A stretch of DNA of 64,000 nt from Bacteroidota bacterium (GCA_050011775.1 JBEKIL010000003.1:230853-294852); one strand, 5' to 3'. Shown: positions 9,716 through 20,040, counted from the first letter of the stretch. A program made the numbers and translations. The notes: generated by a model from the letters alone, not told the origin.

Positions 9716-10882
9716 GTGAGAATACCATTTAACAAACCTTATATAACGGGGAAAGAATTATCATATATTTACGATGCGATACAACGCGGTCATCTATCAG
9801 GAAACGGCGAGTATACAAAGAAATGTCAATCCTGGCTGATTGAGAACATCGGCAGTAAAAAAGCACTATTGACTAATTCCTGTACCGCGGCATTGGAGAT
9901 GACCGCCGTCCTCGCGGATATTCAGCCGCATGATGAAATAATCATGCCGTCCTATACTTTTGTTTCGACCGCCAATGCTTTCGTATTGCGGGGCGGAGTC
10001 CCGGTATTTGTCGATATTCGCCCGGATACTTTGAATATTGATGAGACAAAAATCGAAGCAGCCATTACGGAAAGAACAAAAGCCATCGTTCCGGTGCATT
10101 ATGCAGGAGTGGCCTGTGAGATGGATGCAATCATGGCGATTGCTGAAAAGTATAACCTGTTGGTTATCGAAGACGCTGCTCACAGCATCATGTCGCGATA
10201 TAAAGGTCGGCTACTGGGAAGTATCGGACATTTGGCCGCATTGAGTTTTCATGAAACGAAGAATATTATCTCCGGAGAAGGCGGAGCATTATTGATCAAC
10301 GATCTCCGTTTTGCAGAAAGAGCGGAGATTATTTGGGAAAAGGGGACGGACCGGAGCAAATTTTTTCGGGGCGAAGTCGATAAATATACCTGGCTCGATA
10401 TCGGTTCCTCATATCTGCCGAGTGAAATTATCGCTGCCTTCTTATGGGCTCAAATGGAACAGGCGGAATCATTGGTTGCATCCCGGCTTAATATTTGGAA
10501 CACCTATCACAAGGCTTTTCAAAAATTTGAGATGGATAAACTGATCAGGCGCCCGATCATTCCAATTGACTGTACTCATAACGGACATATGTATTTTTTA
10601 TTGCTACCCGATCTTCAATGCCGTAATGCATTTATTGCTTTTTTAAAAGAAAACGGGATCCATGCGGTTTTTCATTATATCCCGCTTGATAGATCGCCCG
10701 GAGGTACTAAATTCGGCAGGAAACATGGGGAAATGAAAATAACATATGAGATAAGCGATAGGTTGGTGAGATTACCGTTCTATCTTGAATTAGACGAAAT
10801 GTCCATCAATTATATTATAAATATAATCACCAGGGCATTGACGTGCCCCACAATAGTAAATACTTCTCCGCAGAGAGCCTGA
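9716..10882 (+). CDS. DegT/DnrJ/EryC1/StrS-family PLP-dependent sugar aminotransferase (WecE/ArnB-like)
   Basis: 'IPFNKPYITGKELSYIYDAIQRGHLSGNGEYTKKCQ...', 'SFHETKNIISGEGGALLIND' (PLP-lysine region), 388 aa. Confidence 0.9.
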   Translation: MRIPFNKPYITGKELSYIYDAIQRGHLSGNGEYTKKCQSWLIENIGSKKALLTNSCTAALEMTAVLADIQPHDEIIMPSYTFVSTANAFVLRGGVPVFVDIRPDTLNIDETKIEAAITERTKAIVPVHYAGVACEMDAIMAIAEKYNLLVIEDAAHSIMSRYKGRLLGSIGHLAALSFHETKNIISGEGGALLINDLRFAERAEIIWEKGTDRSKFFRGEVDKYTWLDIGSSYLPSEIIAAFLWAQMEQAESLVASRLNIWNTYHKAFQKFEMDKLIRRPIIPIDCTHNGHMYFLLLPDLQCRNAFIAFLKENGIHAVFHYIPLDRSPGGTKFGRKHGEMKITYEISDRLVRLPFYLELDEMSINYIINIITRALTCPTIVNTSPQRA

Positions 10883-10913
10883 GTAAAAACGAGTAATTTC
10901 AAAAGGAAATCGA

Positions 10914-12119
10914 ATGAAAATAAAGAACACATTTTTACAATTTATGAAAAAGGAAAAATTGAACTCGTATTTGAGTTTAATCACTAAGAAAAGTACTATC
11001 ACATTCTCTATTATCACATTATTAGCGTTTTGTATTTTTTTTAATCAAGCGAGTTGCAGGATAATTCGTTCTGACCTGGGTGCTCATATCAAGTTCATGA
11101 AACAACATTTTGAACAAGGAACGAGACTCGATCATCCATTTTTTCACTATGTTACTTACTATATATCACAGCTATTTTCCTTTAATCTGGTGGCCACGGC
11201 AATTGTTATCTTAACATTATCTGTCTTAATTAGTGCGATTATAATTTTTTTAATATTAAATGAATCTCTTCGGAATGACTATTCCGAAAATATTATTTTA
11301 TTTTTTACTTTTTGTCTGATGATCGTTTCGGCTATTTATTTGCCCTTTTTTAATAAAAATATTTACCTCGGACAAAGTTCACCGAATGTATGGCATAATC
11401 CAACCACGATAGTCGTAAAACCTTTTGCATTTTTATCGATTCTTTTATTCATCTATTTGTTGAATATAGAGAATACCAAGAAATTCATAATATTTTCTAT
11501 TCTAGAAGCGGCTTTGATTGCTATAAGTATATCTGTCAAACCAAATTTTTTTATGTCATTTTTCCCAGCAGCATATATTTTTTTATTGTTAAGGGTTAAT
11601 CTTTTCAAAAAGTATTTTTGGAAGTTTACCTTGATCTCGATACCGGCGTTGGCCGTTCTCGTATGGGAATATTTTATGAGATTCGGAGAGGGAGGAGAAA
11701 GCAAGATTATAATTGATTTTTTAGGAGTCTGGAGCCATTATACTCCAAATGTTTTGGTATCGTTGCTATTACTGATAGCTTTTCCAATTTCTGTGCTTAT
11801 TTTTTATTTTAAAAAGGTTATCAAGAATGATTATTTAGTTTTAAGTTGGCTGGTATTTTTCATTGCGTTGATTCAATACTCTATATTTGCCGAAGCAGGT
11901 CGGCACCATTATCACGGAAATTTTGGCTGGGGGAGGCAGATAATACTTCCAATGGTATTTACTTTTTCAGTAGTAGAATTTATGAAATTGATCAAGGAAC
12001 CACATGGAAACAAATGGGGCAAATATAAAAAATATTTTGTTTCGCTCTGTTTTTCCTTGCATGTAATTTCAGGTCTATGTTATTTGGTAATTATGTACAT
12101 CACGAGGAGTTTCCATTAA
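10914..12119 (+). CDS. polytopic membrane protein, possible O-antigen polymerase or GT-C-like (unassigned)
   Basis: 401 aa, ~11 hydrophobic segments, AT-rich; no recognisable soluble domain. Confidence 0.4.
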   Translation: MKIKNTFLQFMKKEKLNSYLSLITKKSTITFSIITLLAFCIFFNQASCRIIRSDLGAHIKFMKQHFEQGTRLDHPFFHYVTYYISQLFSFNLVATAIVILTLSVLISAIIIFLILNESLRNDYSENIILFFTFCLMIVSAIYLPFFNKNIYLGQSSPNVWHNPTTIVVKPFAFLSILLFIYLLNIENTKKFIIFSILEAALIAISISVKPNFFMSFFPAAYIFLLLRVNLFKKYFWKFTLISIPALAVLVWEYFMRFGEGGESKIIIDFLGVWSHYTPNVLVSLLLLIAFPISVLIFYFKKVIKNDYLVLSWLVFFIALIQYSIFAEAGRHHYHGNFGWGRQIILPMVFTFSVVEFMKLIKEPHGNKWGKYKKYFVSLCFSLHVISGLCYLVIMYITRSFH

Positions 12120-12121
12120 CG

Positions 12122-13081
12122 ATGAAACAAAAACTTTTTAATTTGTCGAAACTCCTTATTAGCGGGGCATTAATTTATTTTTTATTGAAAGTTCTCGATG
12201 TCAAGCGTATTTGGCTGACCTTACAAAATGTAAATATTGGATACACTGCCCTGGCCTTTCTTTGTTCCGGATTCGTCTTACCGATCCTAGCATTTCGTTG
12301 GAAACGGGTATTGAAAGCCTCTGAAATTCATGTTCCCGTTACCAGGGTTTTACGGATAAATCTCATAGGGATTTGTTCCAGTAATTTTTTCCCGGGTTTG
12401 TTTGGTGGAGATTTAATACGCCCCCTCTATTTGATTCAAGATTATCAGAATAAAAAAATTCCTTTATATGCTTCCGTTTTTTTTGAACGGATATGCGGAT
12501 TTATGGGGATACTGCTTCTGGGATTGATAAGCGGCAGCTGGTTGGCCTTTATGATAAAAGAGAGGTATTATATTTTGATAACCGGCGTAATCTGCGCAGG
12601 TCTTATTCTTACGTTTTTCTTTTTCAATTGGATAGATATATCTAAAATATCATTACCCCGATTCTTGAAACGGTTTCAATCTTTCGTGCATCGTTTTTAT
12701 TCGAGTTTCATACTGTATGCAAAGGACGGACGATTATTGGCGGAAACTGTCGGTTGGAGTTTATTGTCCCAAATCATCAGTATATTGATGTATTGGATAT
12801 TACTGGCCGGAACGGGGAGCGTTGTCAATCCGATGATGGTAATAATTGCCGTCTCTCTGGCATGGCTTGTAGCGTTAATCCCGGTTTCTCTGAACGGATT
12901 GGGTCTACGCGAGGGGAGTATGGTGTATTTACTGACCCGGTTCGGAGTGGCTCCCGATAGAGCTGGAATTGCGGTTCTGCTGGGTCTATTACCAACTGTT
13001 TTTTTTTCTATTATTGGAGCCGCGATGTTGACTTCCGGGATCAATCTCAAGAAAATAATGAAAGAAGTAAAATACCAGTAA
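12122..13081 (+). CDS. UPF0104 / LPG-synthase-TM 'flippase-like' membrane protein
   Basis: 'LISGALIYFLLKVLDVKRIWLTLQNVNIGYTALAFLCSGFVLPILAFRWKRVL' is typical of the lysylphosphatidylglycerol-synthase TM region family that accompanies GT2 enzymes. ATG 12122 chosen rather than listed 12077 to avoid a 42-nt overlap. Confidence 0.6.
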   Translation: MKQKLFNLSKLLISGALIYFLLKVLDVKRIWLTLQNVNIGYTALAFLCSGFVLPILAFRWKRVLKASEIHVPVTRVLRINLIGICSSNFFPGLFGGDLIRPLYLIQDYQNKKIPLYASVFFERICGFMGILLLGLISGSWLAFMIKERYYILITGVICAGLILTFFFFNWIDISKISLPRFLKRFQSFVHRFYSSFILYAKDGRLLAETVGWSLLSQIISILMYWILLAGTGSVVNPMMVIIAVSLAWLVALIPVSLNGLGLREGSMVYLLTRFGVAPDRAGIAVLLGLLPTVFFSIIGAAMLTSGINLKKIMKEVKYQ

Positions 13082-13146
13082 TGTCTGTGAATCCAGATGA
13101 GGTGCTGCACTGAAATATCGATGATAAAAAGCGAGGAGGATTAACT

Positions 13147-13986
13147 ATGAAAAGATTGATAATCAATCTTTCTCCTACCGGTATGGTTCCCACTAAGAAA
13201 ATGACGCCTCATGTTCCTGAGAGTCCGGCGGAAATTATCAAAGATGTGCTGAAATGTACAACTCTCGGAGTGTCGATGGCGCATTTGCACGCACGCGATG
13301 CCAATGGAGCCCCTACCTATAAAAAAGAAATTTATAATGAGATTATAACCGGGATTAAAGAAAAAAATAAAGATTTGGTGGTTGTAGTATCGACAAGCGG
13401 CAGGACTTTTACTGAATTCTGGCAGCGTTCGGATGTGCTTGACCTTGAAGGAGAAGTAAAACCGGATATGGCCAGTTTGACTTTGAGTTCATTGAATTTC
13501 ATAAAGACGGCCAGTATGAACAGTCCTGATATGGTCATCAAACTGGCTGAAAAGATGCAGGGAAATGGCATCAAACCCGAGCTGGAAGTTTTTGACTTCG
13601 GAATGGTTAATTTTGCGCATTATCTGATTAAGAAAGAAATAATACAGCCGCCATATTACTTTAATATTCTTTTAGGTAATATTGCAACGGCACAGGCTAA
13701 ATTATTACAACTGGGTTTGATCATATCGGAACTGCCGGAAAATTCTGTCTGGTCGATAGCCGGTATTGGTGAATGCCAATGTAGAATGAATGCGATCAGT
13801 ATTCTTGAGGGCGGAGGAGTACGCGTCGGACTTGAAGATAACATCTGGTATGACGAAGAGCGGACTACTCTGGCCACTAATTATGCTCTTGTTGAGCGCC
13901 TCGTTAAGATTGCAACGGCAATCGGACGTCCGATCGCCACTCCACTGGAAGTGCGGGAGTTGTTGAAATTACGGCCTCCCGGGTAA
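13147..13986 (+). CDS. BKACE-family (3-keto-5-aminohexanoate cleavage enzyme-like, DUF849) protein
   Basis: 'INLSPTGMVPTKKMTPHVPESPAEIIKDVLKCTTLGVSMAHLHARDANG' matches the BKACE TIM-barrel N-terminal signature. SD 'GAGGAGG' upstream. Confidence 0.75.
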   Translation: MKRLIINLSPTGMVPTKKMTPHVPESPAEIIKDVLKCTTLGVSMAHLHARDANGAPTYKKEIYNEIITGIKEKNKDLVVVVSTSGRTFTEFWQRSDVLDLEGEVKPDMASLTLSSLNFIKTASMNSPDMVIKLAEKMQGNGIKPELEVFDFGMVNFAHYLIKKEIIQPPYYFNILLGNIATAQAKLLQLGLIISELPENSVWSIAGIGECQCRMNAISILEGGGVRVGLEDNIWYDEERTTLATNYALVERLVKIATAIGRPIATPLEVRELLKLRPPG

Positions 13987-14052
13987 TTTACAACTAAAAG
14001 GTTAATATAAGCCAAAAATGATTATAACTATTCCTTTGTCTGGAGAGGATCG

Positions 14053-14997
14053 ATGACAACTAAACGTCCGGTCTTTTCGGTAGTAATTCCGGTGTATAAT
14101 AGTGAACGATCGTTAAACGAATTATCGAAAAGAGTGATCGAGGTCTTTAAGAAGGAGATCAAAGCTGATTATGAGATCATCTTTGTCGATGATGGATCGA
14201 ATGATCGATCCTGGGATGTTTTGAAAGGATTAAAACATAATAACACCCGAATAACCATCATTCAACTGTCGCGCAATTTTGGACAGCATAACGCAACTCT
14301 CTGTGGGTTCAATTTTTGCCGGGGTGATTATATTGTCACACTGGATGACGATTTGCAGCATCCCCCGGAAGAAATCCCAAAGTTATATCGTCGAATGATC
14401 GAGACGGGAACAGACGTCGTCATTGGACGGCCTGAAAAAAAGAAACATTCGTTGTTTCGAAATTTAGGCAGCTTGATTATTGATAAGGCATATCAGAAGA
14501 TTTTTGATAAGCCGGCCGGACTATATATCGGAAGTTTCCGGCTTTTGAAGGGCTGGGTAGTCAAAGAGATAATTCTCAACAAGTCCCCCAATCCAATGAT
14601 TGGCGGATTAATTCTCCAGACCACCGACAAGATTGTCAATGAAACTCTGCTTCATTGCAAACGGGTGTATGGACCTTCGAATTATAAAATAGGCAAGATT
14701 GTAAAATTGATTTTGGATCTTTTTGTGAATTATTCGACACTTCCGCTGAAAATCGTTTCCGGCTGTGGTTTTTTATTTTTCATCGTCAGCTTCGTCGCCG
14801 GAATTATTGTCGTCATACGAAAAATATTCGGTTTCATAACTGTACCGGGATGGGCATCCCTCATACTGTTGTTCTTGTTTTTTTCGGGAATGAATATGAT
14901 CGTCCTTGGAGTTGTAGGGGAATACGTGGCAAGGATAATCAAAGAAGTTATGTGTTCGAAGCAGTACTTAATCAGAGAAAAATTGAACGGGGATTGA
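14053..14997 (+). CDS. GT2 polyprenyl-phosphate glycosyltransferase (ArnC/GtrB-like) with C-terminal TM helices
   Basis: 'FSVVIPVYNSERSLNEL...EIIFVDDGSNDRSWDVL', 'IIQLSRNFGQHNATLCGF', 'GDYIVTLDDDLQHPPEEIPKL'; two C-terminal hydrophobic helices. Confidence 0.85.
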   Translation: MTTKRPVFSVVIPVYNSERSLNELSKRVIEVFKKEIKADYEIIFVDDGSNDRSWDVLKGLKHNNTRITIIQLSRNFGQHNATLCGFNFCRGDYIVTLDDDLQHPPEEIPKLYRRMIETGTDVVIGRPEKKKHSLFRNLGSLIIDKAYQKIFDKPAGLYIGSFRLLKGWVVKEIILNKSPNPMIGGLILQTTDKIVNETLLHCKRVYGPSNYKIGKIVKLILDLFVNYSTLPLKIVSGCGFLFFIVSFVAGIIVVIRKIFGFITVPGWASLILLFLFFSGMNMIVLGVVGEYVARIIKEVMCSKQYLIREKLNGD

Positions 14998-15133
14998 AAA
15001 CGGATGCCCTCCCCCGTTAAAAATGAAAGTAAAAAGGAATCTCCGGATCGATTCAATTTTGAATGTGAAAGAAAAAATCTGAGATTGTCACCTCGGCTCC
15101 CTTTTTAAATTGCTCTTAAAGGAGGGTGGAATT

Positions 15134-15772
15134 TTGAAGAAACTGTTTATCTATGGGGCATCCTTCGGCGATGTGATAAAATTAGTCGATGCAATCAACC
15201 GAGTGACTGTATCCTGGACAATATCGGGTTTTTTAGATGATACCAGGGAGTTGCTGGGAAAAACGCTTATGGGTTATAAAATCCTGGGAGGTCGGGAGCT
15301 ACTCCCCGAACTGGCCGGACAGGAAGGCAGCTATTTTTTTAATAATGTAAATGGCAGTCGATTGGGGAATCAACATATCGCCGAACTATTGAATTCATTT
15401 CACTGTAATATTCCAAGTTTGGTCCATCCATCGATTGATGTAAGTTACGTTGAAATCGGTCGAGGATGCATTATCCCGGATGGGTGTGTCATTGGAGCAA
15501 ATGTGACGATTGGTGATTTTGTGACGGTTCGATATGGAAGTGTTATCAGTCATGATGTTGAAATCGGAGAGAACGTGTTGCTGGGCCCGGGTGTTACTGT
15601 CGGCGGTCGGGTCAAGATTAAGAAAGGTTGCGTGATTGGAGCAGGAGCGACAATAATGATGGAGACAACGATCGGGGAATTCGCTACGGTCGGGGCTGGG
15701 ACCGTTGTCATACGGGATGTTCCTGCGCATAGCACTGTGGTGGGGGTACCGGGTAGGGAAATAAAAAGTTAA
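15134..15772 (+). CDS. PglD/NeuD-family sugar N-acetyltransferase (left-handed beta-helix hexapeptide acyltransferase)
   Basis: N-terminal Rossmann-like 'KKLFIYGASFGDVIKLVDAIN...ISGFLDD', C-terminal hexapeptide repeats 'IGENVLLGPGVTVGGRVKIKKGCVIGAGATI'. TTG 15134 follows SD GGAGGG by 7 nt; the listed ORF start 15110 is also TTG. Confidence 0.8.
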   Translation: MKKLFIYGASFGDVIKLVDAINRVTVSWTISGFLDDTRELLGKTLMGYKILGGRELLPELAGQEGSYFFNNVNGSRLGNQHIAELLNSFHCNIPSLVHPSIDVSYVEIGRGCIIPDGCVIGANVTIGDFVTVRYGSVISHDVEIGENVLLGPGVTVGGRVKIKKGCVIGAGATIMMETTIGEFATVGAGTVVIRDVPAHSTVVGVPGREIKS

Positions 15773-15838
15773 CGTATCGTTCGAGTGTTCCTCGGTAAAT
15801 GATTCGTAACGTGGAACATGGAGAAGGAATATTTAAGA

Positions 15839-16825
15839 ATGAAGATATCGGTAGCTTTATGTACATATAACGGTGAATCGTTCCTGAAAGACCAGCTCTC
15901 GAGTATAATCAATCAAAGCCTGCCGCCGGATGAACTGATCATTGGTGACGATCATTCAACCGATAGAACCAATGAAATTATCGACTCGTTCAAGATATCA
16001 TGTCCTTTTCCTGTCACGGTATATAGGAACCCTGTAAATTTGGGATCGACCAAGAATTTTGAAAAAGCCGTTCAACTTTGTCACGGTGATATTATTACCT
16101 TCGCCGATCAGGATGATGTCTGGAAGCCTCAGAAGCTCGAAATCATATCCAGAGTCTTTATAGCCTATCCAAATATCGGTTATGCCTTTTCGAATGCTGA
16201 ATTAGTTGATGCCGAACTTAAATCCTTAGGGATGAATTTATGGGAATCGCTGGGTTTTACAGATAAAGAACTTCAAGATTACCTCGGAGGCAGGCAGCTT
16301 GAGGTTTTATTGAAACAGAATGTGGTGACGGGCGCGACTATGGCTTTCCGTGCATTCCTTAAGGATTTGGTCTTGCCTTTCTCGGGAAATTGGATTCATG
16401 ATGGATGGATTGCCATGTTGGCTTCGATTGTTGGGATTCAGGGATTGCCCATTCCAGAATCATTGGTATTATACCGGCAGCATAGTAAGCAACAATTGGG
16501 AGAATATAGGCAAAGTTATTGGGATATCGTCAATAATTCTCTAAGAATCAGTGCGGATGATTTTGGGAAATTGGCTTCAGCCTGTCAGGAAGTTGAAGAA
16601 CGGATTATCGCGAGGCACCCCGGATTAAATCCGACCCAGTATGGCCGGATTGAATTACTGGAAAGAAAAATAAATCATTTTCTAAAACGTAAATTGATCC
16701 ATTCTTCTTCCGGCTTTCTAAGGTTTAAAACGATTCTTAATGAAGTCAAATTCAGAAATTATCAAAGCTTTTCTTGCGGATGGCTGAGTATCGGACGCGA
16801 CTTATTTTTTAAACATCGATATTGA
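15839..16825 (+). CDS. glycosyltransferase family 2
   Basis: 'ISVALCTYNGESFLKDQLSSIINQSLPPDELIIGDDHSTDRTNEII', 'TFADQDDVW'. ATG 15839 after SD-like GGAGAAGG. Confidence 0.8.
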   Translation: MKISVALCTYNGESFLKDQLSSIINQSLPPDELIIGDDHSTDRTNEIIDSFKISCPFPVTVYRNPVNLGSTKNFEKAVQLCHGDIITFADQDDVWKPQKLEIISRVFIAYPNIGYAFSNAELVDAELKSLGMNLWESLGFTDKELQDYLGGRQLEVLLKQNVVTGATMAFRAFLKDLVLPFSGNWIHDGWIAMLASIVGIQGLPIPESLVLYRQHSKQQLGEYRQSYWDIVNNSLRISADDFGKLASACQEVEERIIARHPGLNPTQYGRIELLERKINHFLKRKLIHSSSGFLRFKTILNEVKFRNYQSFSCGWLSIGRDLFFKHRY

Positions 16826-16832
16826 TACGAAA

Positions 16833-17597
16833 GTGATGAAGATGCCCGGGAATCAAAATATAATTGTTTTAGGAATGCACCGCAGTGGAACTTCATTAAT
16901 AGCAAGCATATTATACAAAATTGGATTTTTTATGGGGGAGGAACTTTTAGGGAAAAATATTTCCAACCCCCTGGGCCATTTCGAAGATCAAAATTTAATT
17001 GACTTGAATGATCAAATCCTTTCGGCGGCTGGCGGGACATGGTACGATCCCCCGGAGAGGGGAGCGATTCTCAATCAGTCCGGCAAATTTCAACAGGAAA
17101 TAGTTTCATCGGTAGCTGCGATGCCATCCGGATTATGGGGATGGAAAGACCCGCGATTGTGTTTGACCATCGAATTATTTTTACCATACTTAGACACTCC
17201 GGTGTTTATCATATGCCGTCGGGAACCATCATCGATTGCAGAGTCGCTTTATCGTCGGAATCGCATCGACTATAAACAAGGTTTGTCAGTTGTCGATATA
17301 TATCAAAAAAGGATTGACCTTTTTTTGGAAAAATATCCCGATCATCGCCGGATGATCATTCGCTACGAGGAAATTTGCTCCAATCCAGACCAAGCCGTAC
17401 GTCAGATCATCGATTTTCTCAAGCTGGAAATACAACCCAAAATATTCCGGGAAGCAGTGAAGTCTGTAGTATCAAGGACAAGAATCCATAGGATGGAAAG
17501 AAGAATAGAGAGAAATGATTTGATAAAAACCGCCTTCTTTCAATTTTTTAAAAATCCGAAAGTTTTTTTTATCAAACTTAAAAATTACCTGACCTAA
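16833..17597 (+). CDS. sulfotransferase family protein (Sulfotransfer_3-like)
   Basis: 'NIIVLGMHRSGTSLIASIL' (5'-PSB), 'WGWKDPRLCLTIELFLPYL' (3'-PB-like). Paralog of 7001. Confidence 0.65.
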   Translation: MMKMPGNQNIIVLGMHRSGTSLIASILYKIGFFMGEELLGKNISNPLGHFEDQNLIDLNDQILSAAGGTWYDPPERGAILNQSGKFQQEIVSSVAAMPSGLWGWKDPRLCLTIELFLPYLDTPVFIICRREPSSIAESLYRRNRIDYKQGLSVVDIYQKRIDLFLEKYPDHRRMIIRYEEICSNPDQAVRQIIDFLKLEIQPKIFREAVKSVVSRTRIHRMERRIERNDLIKTAFFQFFKNPKVFFIKLKNYLT

Positions 17598-17707
17598 AGT
17601 CATCTAGGGTCGATGGGGAAGTCTTGTTCGAAATGCTCTTTATCATTGATACTGCATTTGAATAGCGAAGTTGTATTTATTGATAAAGAAACGGTGCCAG
17701 GGAGATC

Positions 17708-19864
17708 GTGTTAATGAAAATGAATAGTGTTTCAATTGTTGTTCCCATATTCGAGAGTAATGAGCATCTGAGTCGATGTTTGACAAGTCTCCGTCGTCAT
17801 GCCCGACATGCCGAGAAAATCATCGTTATCAACGATACAAGCGCAGGTAGTGATATCGAGCAGGTAATTATCCGTCTTATAAAAGGAGAAAATCGATTCC
17901 AATATTTCCGAAATGAAAAGAAAATCGGCTTCATTCGTACATGCAACAAAGCCGTTTTTGAATTAGATAAATCATCCAACGACATCCTTCTGTTGAATGC
18001 CAACACGGAAGTCACAAAAGGTTTTTTGGAAGAAATGATGTATTGCCTGCACGAATTTGAAAAAAATGCCGTATGTTCTCCCCGGAGCAACAATGCGACT
18101 ATCATGACAATACCCCCGTTCTATTCAGATCGTCGTAACAATTTTTCAAAAGTGAGCTTTTCATGCTGGAAATCTCTCAGACATTCTTTTCGTCGGTATG
18201 AGGTTGTCCCGACTGCTGCAGGTTTTTGTATGTTAATTAAACGTCGGATGATCGACAATTTTGGCTTTTTCGATGAGCACTGTGAGTGTGATCATAATGC
18301 GGATAATGATTTTTGCGCCCGTATTAACCGGTATGGATATTCGTCTATTCGGGCAAACCGCGCTTTTGTATATCACTACGCTGAACAATCATCGGGTAAT
18401 AAGGAAAAAGATAGCGAAAAACGGGAATCTCAGGCTCTGATTAAAAGGTATCCGGAATACAAATCTGCCCTAGAAAATTATTGTGAATGGGGGCGAAATG
18501 CGATTGATCACTTCAGTGATATTCTCGGTGAATGCTATCCTCGAAAAAGAATTTATTACGACCTTACACGGCTTCAGCCTGTGTATAATGGAGCGAATGA
18601 ACAGGCGATCCATATATTACTCGAAGCCTACCCGATTCTTAGCAAGAAGTGCGATGTCACGATAGTCATTAATAAATACACTGATGATTTTCTGGGTCTT
18701 TCAAACCATATTCCCGCGGTCTCCTATCCCGATTCATTGTCCGCGGATATGCATTATGATCTCGCTTTTGTTCCGCATCAAATTTATGAATACGAACAAT
18801 TGTTTTACCTTAATAGAATTGCACTGCGTATTGCTGTAAACATACTCGATGTTATCTTGCTTCGCAGCAATTATTTACATGACATCTATCTAGAAAACCT
18901 ATACCGTCATGTCGTCAAATGGACAGACGGCATTTTATCGATAAGCAGGTCCTCAATGAGAGATATCGATAATTATTACGGGAAAGAGATTATTCGGCGT
19001 TATAAGCGCAGCGCACATCCGGTTCTCATTTCTAAGGCCGACAGGCGGTCGGATGTCTGGACCGATAAATCGGCTTTAATTCCGGAAAATTTTATTCTTA
19101 TCATAGGGAATAAATTTTATCACAAAGCCGTATCGAGAGCGCTGGAAGAAATCGATTCTTCCTATCCCGTGATTGTTATAGGAGATATTCCAACAAAAGA
19201 TATTCCGGGAAATGTACAGGTGTATCGAAGTGGGTATTTATCCAATGAATTTATCGAATCGCTTTATAGCCGTTGTAAGGTATTACTTTTTCCAAGTCAA
19301 TATGAAGGGTTTGGCTTACCGGTTTTAAATGCAATAACTTATGGGAAGCCCGTTATACTGTTTCGTTCATCGGTCTTTCGGGAAATGTACACGAAATTCG
19401 ATCACAAGAATGCATTTCATTTTATAGATCGTTTTTCTGAAATACCCCCGCTCCTTCGTTCCATTTATTCTTCGAAAAATTCAAGTGCCTCTTTTTATCC
19501 GTTATCCCGTACCTGGGCGCACGTCGGAAGGGAAACAGCCGAAGTATTTGAAAAGATTCTTTCACAAAGAGTCGATCCCGCGAAACTCGAGGAGAGATTC
19601 TTTGAATTGAAATCGCTCGAACATTTTAGAATTATCGGTGCACCCGCGGAGAATCTGAATGTTCACTCTGTTCCAGAGGCAATTTCACGACTCACAGCAA
19701 TCGAGCAGTCTCTTAGCTATCGTGTCGGGAAAGTAATAACGTATCCACTACGAAAGATCTATGATAAGATTGCTTTCCCTTTATTAATGTATATGGGCCG
19801 GAGTTCATCGGATACATTTCGCCGCATTCATTTGTGGTGGACAAAAAAATTTCAGGGGCAGTAG
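17708..19864 (+). CDS. bifunctional glycosyltransferase: N-terminal GT2 domain plus C-terminal GT4-like domain
   Basis: N-terminal 'SIVVPIFESNEHLSRCLTSL...IIVINDTS', 'DNDFCARINRYGY' (GT2). C-terminal 'LLFPSQYEGFGLPVLNAITYGKPVILF' (GT4 E-X7-E region). Confidence 0.75.
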   Translation: MLMKMNSVSIVVPIFESNEHLSRCLTSLRRHARHAEKIIVINDTSAGSDIEQVIIRLIKGENRFQYFRNEKKIGFIRTCNKAVFELDKSSNDILLLNANTEVTKGFLEEMMYCLHEFEKNAVCSPRSNNATIMTIPPFYSDRRNNFSKVSFSCWKSLRHSFRRYEVVPTAAGFCMLIKRRMIDNFGFFDEHCECDHNADNDFCARINRYGYSSIRANRAFVYHYAEQSSGNKEKDSEKRESQALIKRYPEYKSALENYCEWGRNAIDHFSDILGECYPRKRIYYDLTRLQPVYNGANEQAIHILLEAYPILSKKCDVTIVINKYTDDFLGLSNHIPAVSYPDSLSADMHYDLAFVPHQIYEYEQLFYLNRIALRIAVNILDVILLRSNYLHDIYLENLYRHVVKWTDGILSISRSSMRDIDNYYGKEIIRRYKRSAHPVLISKADRRSDVWTDKSALIPENFILIIGNKFYHKAVSRALEEIDSSYPVIVIGDIPTKDIPGNVQVYRSGYLSNEFIESLYSRCKVLLFPSQYEGFGLPVLNAITYGKPVILFRSSVFREMYTKFDHKNAFHFIDRFSEIPPLLRSIYSSKNSSASFYPLSRTWAHVGRETAEVFEKILSQRVDPAKLEERFFELKSLEHFRIIGAPAENLNVHSVPEAISRLTAIEQSLSYRVGKVITYPLRKIYDKIAFPLLMYMGRSSSDTFRRIHLWWTKKFQGQ

Positions 19865-19888
19865 AGAACAATCCTTTTAAGGTAAGTA

Positions 19889-20040
19889 ATGAAGACAATA
19901 TTAATAACAGTTATTACCGGACAGGATGGCTCGTATCTCGCAGAGTTATTGCTGTCGAAAGGATATCATGTCATCGATCAATGGAGACAAACGTCGCGAA
20001 CCTTTTACAATTGATGGAAACCGGAGCGATCGTTGCGAAT
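19889..20040 (+). pseudogene. gmd: 5' remnant of GDP-mannose 4,6-dehydratase (frameshifted and truncated)
   Basis: Unlisted 42-codon ORF '[28 protein letters not shown]...' matches the Gmd N-terminal Rossmann motif ([14 protein letters not shown].LL.KGY). A weak continuation 'GDKRREPFT' sits in the next frame. Only ~460 nt remain before the next gene. Confidence 0.6.
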
